Positions 45,775-56,037 of a DNA stretch of 64,000 bases are shown piece by piece. Position 1 is the first letter of the stretch. Each line of letters begins with the position of its first letter. Below the pieces are notes generated by a model. The model ran no database searches. It had not been told where the DNA came from and was given only the letters and a program-made list of their open reading frames with translations. The stretch is from positions 248,001 to 312,000 of the forward strand of contig BCKZ01000015.1 in assembly GCA_001600815.1 (NCBI GenBank). The letters are read 5' to 3'. Source of the DNA: Alloascoidea hylecoeti (Eukaryota). The position numbers and the translations under genes are program-made.

Positions 45775-46256
45775 CTTTCAAACTGATGGGATTATAATGT
45801 TTAATTAGACGTAGAACGGAAGTAAGCAAACAGGTTCGTATAACTGAAGTAAAATGGAGGTTTGGAGCAAGACAGGGTAATTATGTCATGAGATTATTTG
45901 CTTTGTCCAAAATAACGTTGGCAAGTTTGGGATAGAATTACATAATCCAACGTGAAAGTTACTGTTCATTTTTTTAGCCATTTCATTGGAAATTTCAATG
46001 ATTCCGGTTTTTCCTGACTATTTTTTCTTATCTTGGCTTTTGTCCAATGAGCTCCAGTGGGGAATAATGCCCACTGATCAGTGATAAAGGATTAATTGTA
46101 ATCTTGTTAAAAAAATGGCAATTATTCTCTTTGTGTTTGATGATAATGAGAATTTTATTCGTAAATTTATATGTATAAATGTATATTATATATATCGATA
46201 CTTATGCCCTAATTTCAAAAGCTATCTATAGCTATAGAATCTAAAATCGCGTACCC

Positions 46257-48020
46257 ATGAATTCAAACCAATTCAATGATTCACTTTTAAGTGATAATGG
46301 CTTAAAAGACTTGCAATTGGTAAGATCAAATGACCCTTTAGATAACAGATTCTCTGATAATGATACGGGAAAATCCGTATCAATTTCCTCAAATCTCGAT
46401 GGACCATCTGAACAAGAAATGGAAACTTTAAGGCATGTTGCTGATAAATTACCAGTTTCTGCTTGGCTGGTTGCAGTGGTTGAGCTTTGTGAAAGGTTCT
46501 CTTATTATGGATTAAGTGGTCCATTTATGAATTATATGATGTATGGGCCAAACGATGCTACAAAAGGTGCCCTGGGATTAGGGCAATCTAGTGCAACCGC
46601 TTTATCTTATTTCTTTCAATTCTGGTGTTATTTAACTCCAATATTTGGTGCATTTATTGCGGATACATATCTCGGTAAATATAAAACAATTCTATATTTT
46701 TCTTTAATTTATATCATTGGCATAGCTGTTTTATTTATTACCTCATTGCCTATGGCAATTAAATCTGGTGCTTCAATGGGTGGACTAGTCGTTGCCATGA
46801 TCATTATTGGTCTGGGGACTGGTGGGATAAAATCAAATGTATCTCCATTAATTGCTGAACAATATACAAATACAAAACATTTTATAAGGGTTTTGAAATC
46901 TGGTGAAAGAGTCATAGTCAATCCAAATGTTACTATTCAATCAATTTTCATGATTTTCTATCTTTGTATTAATATAGGTTCATTATCTGCAATTGCAACA
47001 ACAACAATTGAAAATAAAGTTGGGTTTTGGGCTGCTTATCTCTTGCCATTATGTTTTTTCACGTTAGGTTTGCTTTTCTTATTTCTTGGTAGAAACAAAT
47101 ATATTAAAAAGCCACCAATGGGGTCAGTTATACCTGATTGTTTTAAAATCATTACCATTACAATGAAAAATAAGGGTAATTTTGAAGCCGCAAAACCTTC
47201 AATTCGTGAAGAAAAAGGTGAAAGCAGAGTAACCTGGACAGATTTATATGTTGAGGAAGTTAGGACAGCTTTAAACGCTTGTAAAGTATTTGTATTTTAT
47301 CCAATTTACTGGGTTGTATATGGGCAAATGGTAAACAGTTTCATATCTCAAGCTTCAACGATGGAAACACATGGTATCCCAAATGATATAATGCAAAATA
47401 TTGATCCGTTGTCAATGATTATCTTCATACCAATTTGTGATAGATTACTTTATCCAGCTTTAAGAAGAATAGGCATTAAATTTAAACCAATTACAAGAAT
47501 CACTTGGGGATTTTTATTTTCTTCAATTGCAATGGCCTATGCAGCAATTATCCAGAATATAATTTATAACTCTGGTCCATGTTATAAATCTCCATTGAAT
47601 TGTGATGCTTCCGAAAATGGTACTATACCGAATAAAGTACATGTTGCTTATCAAACTCCTGCTTATGTATTTATTGCATTCGCTGAAATTTTTGCTTCTG
47701 TTACTGGCCTAGAATATGCTTACATAAAGGCCCCAGAAAATATGAAATCATTCATTATGTCCATGTTTTTATTAACAAATGCTTTTGGATCGGCAATTGG
47801 AATGGCCGTTTCACCTGCTGCTAAAGATCCAAATATGGTATGGGTGTTTACTGGTTTATCAATAGCTACATTTTTAGCAGGATGTATTTTTTGGGGAATT
47901 TTCCATAAATATAATGAAATGGAAGATGAGAATATATCTATAAATGTGATTGATGCTGATAGCATGAGTGACGTAGAAGAAGTTGAAGTGTATCACAGAG
48001 TTAAAGGAGGAGAGGTGTGA
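46257..48020 (+). CDS. PTR2: POT-family di/tripeptide transporter
   Basis: Motifs ELCERFSYYG, GTGGIKSNV, FYLCINIGS and GLEYAY.KAP..MKS. Confidence 0.93.
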   Translation: MNSNQFNDSLLSDNGLKDLQLVRSNDPLDNRFSDNDTGKSVSISSNLDGPSEQEMETLRHVADKLPVSAWLVAVVELCERFSYYGLSGPFMNYMMYGPNDATKGALGLGQSSATALSYFFQFWCYLTPIFGAFIADTYLGKYKTILYFSLIYIIGIAVLFITSLPMAIKSGASMGGLVVAMIIIGLGTGGIKSNVSPLIAEQYTNTKHFIRVLKSGERVIVNPNVTIQSIFMIFYLCINIGSLSAIATTTIENKVGFWAAYLLPLCFFTLGLLFLFLGRNKYIKKPPMGSVIPDCFKIITITMKNKGNFEAAKPSIREEKGESRVTWTDLYVEEVRTALNACKVFVFYPIYWVVYGQMVNSFISQASTMETHGIPNDIMQNIDPLSMIIFIPICDRLLYPALRRIGIKFKPITRITWGFLFSSIAMAYAAIIQNIIYNSGPCYKSPLNCDASENGTIPNKVHVAYQTPAYVFIAFAEIFASVTGLEYAYIKAPENMKSFIMSMFLLTNAFGSAIGMAVSPAAKDPNMVWVFTGLSIATFLAGCIFWGIFHKYNEMEDENISINVIDADSMSDVEEVEVYHRVKGGEV

Positions 48021-48166
48021 TACATACATGTATATTTATAACAGAGGTTAAATTTTTGATTATGATGCTATATGAGAGACAATAATTAACATAATATAAT
48101 ATACATGAAGTCCTGGAATATTCTAGAGCGAGTGTAAAGTTAACGATAATAATACTATCATTAGTT

Positions 48167-48881
48167 TTAAGCAAAGCTAACCTTAGGTTTTGAATGTTTA
48201 TCTCTCGAAGCTGTCTTTTCTTCTAAACGTTTTATCTTTTTAGAAATATTTCTTTTATTTTTTAATTCGGATTTTTTACTCTCTAGAATAATTTTTCTCT
48301 GTTCATCTTTCTTTTCAATTTCCTTTCGTTTTAATTCTCTGATATCTTCCAATTTTCTTGCTTTTTCAAGTTTGGATGCAATTGAATCATCTGCTACATC
48401 TGCTACTTGGTTCAAAATCCTCATAATAGTATCCTAAAGTAAATTAATTGTTAGATTATCCAATTTGAAAAAATAAGAAATAAATTGGAACATACTTTAG
48501 ATGCAAATACTTTTCCCTTTTTCCCTTTTATTCTCTTGACACCTGGATCGACTGCCCTATTTAATTTAGGTATATCGAGCTCTTTTTCAGTATACACACG
48601 TGGTTTTTTCTATCAAAAATAGTATTGTTAGGTCATAAATATATAATATAGATATCATTCTTTATAAAACAGCATACCTTTCCATATAAAAGTTTTTGTC
48701 TTAAAATTTTCTTTTCCATTCCTTTATTAAATTTTTTTTCCTTCTTTTCAGTCCGTTTAATAATCGATGTGGATACATTTCTGGCTTGCGAATCAGAGAC
48801 AATAGGTTGTTCAACTTGTCTTGTTTTATTCTGAGTCGTTGCTCTTTTCGATTTTTGTGATTTAGCCCGTGGTCTTCCCAT
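48167..48881 (-). CDS. LOC1: 60S biogenesis / mRNA localisation protein Loc1; 3 exons (48881-48678, 48609-48496, 48433-48167)
   Basis: [51 protein letters not shown]..|..[28 protein letters not shown]. Both introns are GTATG..TAG. Confidence 0.92.
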
Positions 48882-48931
48882 TTCTATAATATATTCAAAT
48901 AAATCAATATTGATAGAAAAAAATATGAGAT

Positions 48932-48962
48932 AATTTTTCATTTTGTCGATGGAGTTACCCGG
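48932..48962. promoter_or_regulatory. RRPE and Reb1 site upstream of LOC1
   Basis: AATTTTTCA at 48932-48940 (TGAAAAATT on the minus strand) and TTACCCGG at 48955-48962. Confidence 0.6.
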
Positions 48963-49290
48963 AATTGTGGGTGAAGCATATCAATAATTAAGCATATTAT
49001 ATATTTAAATATTTGTGTTCGTTATAAATACTGTAAAACACGATTAATAAAGAAAGTCCATTTCCCGTGTAGTTTATAGATAAATATGTAGATATCAACA
49101 TTCCTTAAGAATGAAAATATGTATAATAAACCGAATATCTCTGTATTTTGTGTTTGTATTTGTGTTTGTGAATGCCCTTCGTCCGATCGAGATCGTAGTT
49201 AACATTCTTATATTCTTCAATTATATTCATATTCATTTCATCAATCTTTCAATCCCAATCTTACTGATCAGTCTACAAATATCCAATAAT

Positions 49291-50013
49291 ATGTCCAAAT
49301 TTACCCTAGAAATTATTAATAAGCTATCAAAATACACCTCTTGCGATCTATCCGATTCCCTAGTCAAGAACGGTATTAAAGATGGTGGGTTCATTCCAAA
49401 CTTAGTCCAATTCTCCCCCAAATCAAATTCCGCAATAGAACCAGTATCCGGATATGCGTACACTGCTCTATATGCTCCTTTGGATGACCCAAGACCTGCT
49501 GTTAAAGGTGGTTATATTGATAAAGCCCCGAAGGATTCGATTGTGGTTGTGGGTACCACTTCTGATCTTCAAATTCCGTTTGCTCCATATACCTTGGTAA
49601 CAAATGCATTATATGGTGGATTAATGTCTACAAGAGCTCAATATTTACAATGTCGAGGGTCTGTAATCATTGGGAGAATTAGAGATGTTAATGAACATCG
49701 CGATTTAAATTATAACGTTTGGTCCTATGGTTTAGGAACGACTGCTCCTGGTAGTGCTGTCAAACTAATTGGGGTCAATGTTCCAATTGAGATCGTAACT
49801 GGTAAAACGACTATCAAAATAATTCAACCTGGTGATTTTATTGTTGGAGATGAAAATGGAATTGTCACACTCTCTGCTGGTGATCAGGAATTTGTTGAAA
49901 AGGTAATTAAGGCAATTCCTCCAAGAGTCGAAGCAGATACACTTGTTGCCCAAGATATTAAAAATGGTATTGAAGCTGGTAAAGCTCAAAAGCATCGAAG
50001 AAGTGCATTATAG
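49291..50013 (+). CDS. RraA-like HMG aldolase / oxaloacetate decarboxylase (YER010C family)
   Basis: The likely ATG is 49291. Motifs TSCDLSDSL, NALYGGLMSTRAQYL, GRIRDVNEH and PGDFIVGDENG. Confidence 0.88.
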   Translation: MSKFTLEIINKLSKYTSCDLSDSLVKNGIKDGGFIPNLVQFSPKSNSAIEPVSGYAYTALYAPLDDPRPAVKGGYIDKAPKDSIVVVGTTSDLQIPFAPYTLVTNALYGGLMSTRAQYLQCRGSVIIGRIRDVNEHRDLNYNVWSYGLGTTAPGSAVKLIGVNVPIEIVTGKTTIKIIQPGDFIVGDENGIVTLSAGDQEFVEKVIKAIPPRVEADTLVAQDIKNGIEAGKAQKHRRSAL

Positions 50014-50049
50014 TTAAAGAAAAATGATATATAGGCCTATAAATTACAT

Positions 50050-50215
50050 ATAATTTAAGATTTGTGGCCTTTTTTGGCTAGAAGATCCTAGTTCTTCAAA
50101 CAGTCTCGATTCTTCAGCTTCTTCAGCTTCTTCTAGTGTCTTTAAGTGTTCCAATTGTTATCAAATCATATGCTCTTTCTTTTTTTCTCCGATATCTCTG
50201 CTCGTCCGAAGATGG
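50050..50215 (-). pseudogene. Decayed copy of the DJP1 3' end
   Basis: The minus strand encodes EEAEESRLFEEL, homologous to DJP1 EEAEESRIFEEF (50839-50985). Confidence 0.75.
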
Positions 50216-50719
50216 TGATACCTGATATTATTTCCAGTTGTCTTTATATTATTTAAACTTGTCTGTGATTATTAAGTGATTTGTTTGTGTGATTACCGAC
50301 ACCTTCTAGTTAGATGAAGTTGCCTGATTTAGTGCCTCATGGGAGTTGACTTTACCAGTAATCTAATCTTTGGATCTGAAGGAACATTGAGGGAGACGAT
50401 ACCAGTATGTGTAAGTTTATGTAGTGGATCAATATTACTAAACAGCCTTAAGGTCAAGAAAATCATACGAGGATCGAATCGCTAATTACTTTGTTTTATT
50501 ATCAGGACTGGATTCAACCTGCTTATTCGCTCGACTATGAGCTACAAGCGTTTAGCTCATGTTTGTTCTTTAATATTACAACTCCTAAATCTTCAATTAG
50601 AATGGTTAAACTAGTTAATGGAGATTTGATAATTAGAGAAGAACACAATATATTCCGCTTCCCGATGTCACGTTAAAGTTTCTGTTAATGATGATAGAAA
50701 GTAAAATCTCTAATAAGCT

Positions 50720-50803
50720 ATATAGTTGAGCGGAAAACACTTCTTGCTCAAGATAGTGAAACTGTCCATACTAAAAGCTCAAAAACATCGAAGAGGTGCA
50801 TTA
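50720..50803 (+). pseudogene. Decayed copy of the 3' end of the RraA-like gene
   Basis: acacttcttgctcaagata..aaagctcaaaaacatcgaagaggtgcatta matches acacttgttgcccaagata..aaagctcaaaagcatcgaagaagtgcatta (49939-50010). Confidence 0.8.
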
Positions 50804-50838
50804 AAATGTAAATTTTACACGAGTGTAACTTATATAAA

Positions 50839-52363
50839 TTAAAATTTGTATGGTTTTGAAGTAGTGGCTACAAATTCCTCAAATATTCTTGATTCTTCTG
50901 CTTCTTCTGGTGTCCGTTCAGTGTTCAAGTAAATAGTCCCAATCATCATTAAAGCATCTGCTCTTTCTTTCTTTTTTTCTGATGAAACTCCTCCCTCATT
51001 CAAAACCGCATCACATACATCTCTTAAAACTCCTTGTATTTCAAACTTAGACCCCGACCACGCTGCTGATAACACTTTACCCATAACTGATTTTTCTAGT
51101 TTAGCCATATGTTCGGCATCAATTTCTTTGCCGGCATCTTTCTCCTCCTGAGCTTTTGTAATTTCCTGTACTTTCTTTTGAGCTTCAAAGGCAATTGATA
51201 AAATTTTTATAGTATCAACAACCACAGATCCTCTTTCTTTAACCGAATTGAAAAATCCGGTTACACCAAAATATTTCTGAGATTTAATGAAATTCTCACC
51301 TTTAGCTAAATAAACACTACCAATGGTTTGCAAAATTTCAATACCAAATGATTCCAATTTTAATAGTTCTGCTTCATACCTGATTTTTTCATTAAAAGAA
51401 AAAGTTATATCATCTTGTTTGTCAGTCTCTGTCCATAGCGATAAGGTTTCAATTAATTTATCAGTCAATTTATTAATTCTCTTTATCCTTTCTTTACGTC
51501 GTTCTTCTTCGTATTTATCAATTTCTGCCTCTCTTGCTGCTGATGACTTATGTTTCTTTTTTGTAGAAACCATATCGTATGTATCGCCATGGCCATTTGT
51601 TATCATTTGTAACTTTGAATTGTTGGTATCACTTATATTAGATTGAGATATATTTTCATCTGTATATCCTGATAGTTCTGCTAGTCTTGTTAGATCTTTC
51701 ATGAGTGTTAACTCTCCGAATCTATTACATATTAGTGTTAAATGCTTGTAATTAAGTCCCTATAATTAAGTTTGAAATTTATTGTAAAAATTAGATTAAA
51801 CATACATATGACTGAAAGCATTCCCACCAAATATTTTTGTGAAGTATTCATTTGGGTCCTCTTTGTGTCTCGTTAGTACCATATGATTAATACATATATT
51901 ATGTTATATCTCTTTTTAAAACCTACCAAACCCAGCAGCTGGAATAGCTTCTTTTTTTCCATATTGATCATAACGATTTCTTAATTCCGAATTGCTTAAA
52001 ACTATTGTTGTTATTTAGTTATAAATTAGTACTTTGGTATTTTCTTATATTCTAAAGATATAAGCTTATAATTCTGATATAATATATATATACCTTGATA
52101 TGCTTCGCCGATCTATTTTCTCAAAAGAAGTCATAATTAATTACAGTCTTATGTGTTAATAAATAATAATAACAATTCTATTATTTATATTTGACTGTTA
52201 AAGAATTACATACAGATTGAAATCGTTCGCTCGCCGTAGGATCATTGGGATTTTTATCAGGATGGTGTATGACAGCTTGTTTTCGGTAAGCCCTTTTGAT
52301 TTCTAGTTTCGTTGCATTTGAAGGTACTCCAAGAAGTTTGTAGTATGTTTTATCAACAACCAT
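50839..52363 (-). CDS. DJP1: J-domain protein Djp1/Caj1 family; 5 exons (52363-52214, 52112-52094, 52001-51927, 51860-51806, 51721-50839)
   Basis: MVVDKTYY..HPDKNPNDPTASERFQS|IGEAYQ|VLSN..YDQYGKKEAIPAAGF|EDP..IFGG.AF..|FGELTL, then a DnaJ-X domain (LKLESFGIEIL, AWSGSKFEI). Confidence 0.88.
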
Positions 52364-52684
52364 TCTTTGAGTTGTTATAGCTTATACAAGGCGAATCGAT
52401 ATTTAGGTTTTATAAAAAAAAATTAAAAAGAAAATAGAATTTAATGGGGAAAAGTTTGAATCTTTCCCCTTTGTTTAATTTTTATTTATTTTTTCTCTAG
52501 ATCTTTTTCGAATTTTAGATCTAGAGCTATCTTCAGGAGCTGATTATAACTATTATTTGAAGAACTTGTAAAGATACACGTGTGCATATCCACTATGTAC
52601 TATGCAGAGAAAACTATTGGGTTGATTTTGTATTCTAGTCCTCAAACTAATTATTTTTTAATTGTGCCTCAACTGCTATTGTAT

Positions 52685-52903
52685 TAGGGTGAGTGGAATA
52701 ACAACCGCGAGCAGATAACTAACACATTTTAAAATTTAACAAACTTTTTATTGCCTATATAAAAGGCACTCATAGAAGTGAGACACATAAAAACCTTGTA
52801 GTTTTTTTTTTCTAAAAAAGAATGTGCAAGCATCTGGTGTAGTTCAGCAGAGATGAATTTCTGAACTTGCGGTTGGGGTCAAGTTGTTATTTCATTCACC
52901 CTA
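52685..52903. mobile_element. ~220-bp MITE-like element with terminal inverted repeats
   Basis: TAGGGTGAGTGGAATAACAAC (52685-52705) matches the reverse complement of 52883-52903 (TAGGGTGAATGAAATAACAAC) at 19/21 positions. A CAACCGCGAG/CAACCGCAAG match lies further inside. Confidence 0.55.
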
Positions 52904-53044
52904 TAGTGCTATAGCTGTATGAAGACGAAAATGACGTTAATATTTAGATTTCTTCAAAATACTCAAATAGTAGCTATATAGATATATACAAATCATTAAT
53001 ATGACTATTTAAATTGTTTTAAAGAAAAAAAATGCTTTGTTTAT

Positions 53045-54022
53045 TTATAAAGTATTATAGTAGGCTTTGCGTAAATCAATCGATTTTTTACCTCTACCCA
53101 ATGCCAATTGTTCAGGTGGAACTTGTGAATTTAAAGCAATTAAGGTAGCCTTTGCAACATTCATTCGATTTCTTGACTGCTTCACCTTACCAGATAAATC
53201 TTTAATACCAGCTGCTTTACAAATTTCATAAACAATATGATTAACCCGTAAACCGTCACCAGGAGGAGATGGGCGTAGTGATAATTTAATTGAATGGTAT
53301 TTAATATCGATCTCTTGGAAAATTGTTCGATCTTCATATCTTGGAATTTTGGTCATATTCATAATTGCATTGGCTGTAGCTTTACTTTTCGCAAGAAACA
53401 CATCGGCATTACTATCTACACCTTGACCTATACCAACCATTCCGTTTTGATCACCAACAACGCAAATGACATACATACTGAATGATTTACCCTTTGATGT
53501 CATATTTCTAATTGGATGAAGACTAAGTGTTTTAACAGTTAATTTTGAGAGAAAGTCAGCTGAATAACCTGTCATTTTTGATAACTTTACGAATCCTTCT
53601 TTTCTGGCATTACCAGCTTCTTTTGAAATTTTAACAAATTCTGGAACATCTTGAGGAACCGGTTGATACGGTTCATTGAAATCTTTCCATTCATGTACAC
53701 CAAAATCATAAAATGGATCATATTTTGATAAATCATCTAAATAAGGAGGTGCAAATTCAAATTTAGTATATTTTCTTCGTTTCCAATCATCAGGTTTAAT
53801 GAAAGTTTCAGCTCTCATGATAGATTCTAATAATTCGGGACTATAGTATTTTTGTAGCCTTGCAAGATGTTGCTTTTTTAAATCGTCATCTACAGGCCCC
53901 TCTGGTATTTGACTAATATTTCGAGACTGGATCACTGAAAGATTTGTAAATCGAGAATTGATTATTGATTTTTGTAATAGCTTGAAGCATGGTGCTTGGG
54001 AAGCAAGTGGTCGCAAAGACAT
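53045..54022 (-). CDS. MRPS5: Mitochondrial ribosomal protein uS5m
   Basis: Presequence, KYYSPELL, VVGDQNGMVGIGQG, IPRYEDRTIF, GLRVNH..EIC..AGIKDL and SRNRMNV. Confidence 0.95.
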   Translation of the reverse strand: MSLRPLASQAPCFKLLQKSIINSRFTNLSVIQSRNISQIPEGPVDDDLKKQHLARLQKYYSPELLESIMRAETFIKPDDWKRRKYTKFEFAPPYLDDLSKYDPFYDFGVHEWKDFNEPYQPVPQDVPEFVKISKEAGNARKEGFVKLSKMTGYSADFLSKLTVKTLSLHPIRNMTSKGKSFSMYVICVVGDQNGMVGIGQGVDSNADVFLAKSKATANAIMNMTKIPRYEDRTIFQEIDIKYHSIKLSLRPSPPGDGLRVNHIVYEICKAAGIKDLSGKVKQSRNRMNVAKATLIALNSQVPPEQLALGRGKKSIDLRKAYYNTL

Positions 54023-54086
54023 CCTGGATCTCTTGATTGTGTTCTTTATTATTTGCTACTGAAAGAGGTTGAATTTTTTCATTTGA

Positions 54087-54094
54087 TTACCCGG
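54087..54094 (+). promoter_or_regulatory. Reb1-like site upstream of MRPS5
   Basis: TTACCCGG about 65 bp upstream of the ATG. Confidence 0.5.
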
Positions 54095-56037
54095 ATATGA
54101 TACTTGGATTGGCCCATAACTAACCTGTCAATTGGCTCACTAACAGCTTGTTTATATTGGTGCACTGCGCAGTAGGAAGTATATCATTACAACCGATCAC
54201 CTCAATAATATAAAAAGTATTAAAAACCGTAAAACTAAGTCAGATTTGAGGCCTATTTTATTTTTGGGGCGTAGTCATTTCTATATAGGTTGATATTTAT
54301 TTTGATTGATTACAAGCACAATTGTGAATTTGTGATCATGATCGATCAAGATTCAAGAGCTGTATGACCGGTATACCTTGTAATGTATTTATAAGTTGTA
54401 AATAACAGCTAAGCTTTAATAATTAGTATATGCAGGAACTGAGGTACATGAACTGGCAAAAACAGCGGTTCAGTTTCTATGGGCCTTGAAGTTCTAAATC
54501 TAGATCTTGAGGAAATTTGGGAGGTTAAGGATGGCCTGGAAAGTAACCTGGAAATGGTCTGGCGCTCTCAAAACTATACGTAACTACTGTAGCTTGACAG
54601 TGTTTATGATTCAGCAATTGCAAGATTTTATATTTGCGAGGTTCTCGGCAAAATATAACTGTCAATACAGGTGCGTACACATAAAACCCAAACGAAGTTA
54701 ATAATCCGAGTTATAGTTATACATTTGTTTTTGTATCGATTCAAAAGATTTATAGTTACTTACGGGCGAGATGCATAAGACATCCCAATATTTCGTTGCC
54801 GTGCTCGGGCACAATCATCACATCTAGTATTTTGGTTCCGTACTACGGATATAGCGGTCTTATGGGAGAATGACTTACATGAGAGGCATTGAGACAATTT
54901 GGGAGCATGACGCCTTCTAACTAATAATTAATTTCGATCTCATCTGAAAATTTTGTAGAGAGAATCAACAAATTTCATCAACTTTCCAATTGCAATGCTG
55001 CGGTGGGAATATTTAAATTTAATATTTAATGTTCTGCTGAATTCCGCAATAGCTTCCAAATATTTCCAGAACGTTCGATTCAACCCATTAAAAGTGTACT
55101 TTGGAATTTTAAAGTTTACTGGCCCTGGCACTGTAATTTAAGCAGCGCCAGTTACTTCTAACAGCTCAATAATTGCAAAAAAGTATTTGGGTTCCAATTG
55201 GAACCAATTTGGATTCGTTTGGGGTTTATAAGCCGAGAATTTCTGTTAACGGTTTTCGTTGCGTCTCTTTCCACTTTGTGGGTATTTGATTACCTAATCA
55301 TTAACTGGCTCATTTTTGTGCATAAAAGAAATAAAAAAATATCTGGAATCCGAATATGTTATCGTTCCAGTTCCAATCGCACTTTAGGAGAATCAATTCG
55401 AAGAAATTTTGGCTCCAATACGAAATAACAGAACCGAGAAAACCGGTATAACAGATACATCGCTTCTAGGATCGTGGCTGGTGAATAGTGGTCAGACCAT
55501 TATTTTTAATAATCCTATTTTAGTTGTAGTTTAAATTCCAGATCCAGAGTTCTGCAAAAAAACCCGCTTAATTAGGATGTGTTATTATAATCAGTACGGT
55601 CGGCACGGAAGTCAGATATTCTTTTGGACGGCAAGTAACAACGACACCGAAAAAGTTTCTAAAAGGTTCTCTTAAGCTTCCTTATGGGGGGGCTATATTT
55701 AAATTGAAAAGAAAAAGGTTTAATTTCCTGAAAACTCAGATATTGAAACCGCAAAACTATCTTTTTAATTGGTGGAATTACTGATATAAAACTAAACCCT
55801 TTGTATTAAAAATAAAGTATACCATGTAAAACATTATTTTTAACTAATCGATCATGAGATTTGTCTTTGATTACAAATAATTTGAAATATTTATGTGGAA
55901 CATATTTAAATATTATCAATTTTTGTTATATTAAGTCAAAAAAATATTTTTCTTTTAAGGAGAATGAGAAATATAAATAGCTCCGAAGTTGCTGATATTG
56001 AAATTACACATATTTCTAGTTTATAATTGGCTCTAAA

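Noticed and set aside
54940..55131. 63-aa minus-strand ORF as a possible transposase fragment
   Set aside because: No diagnostic motif could be identified.
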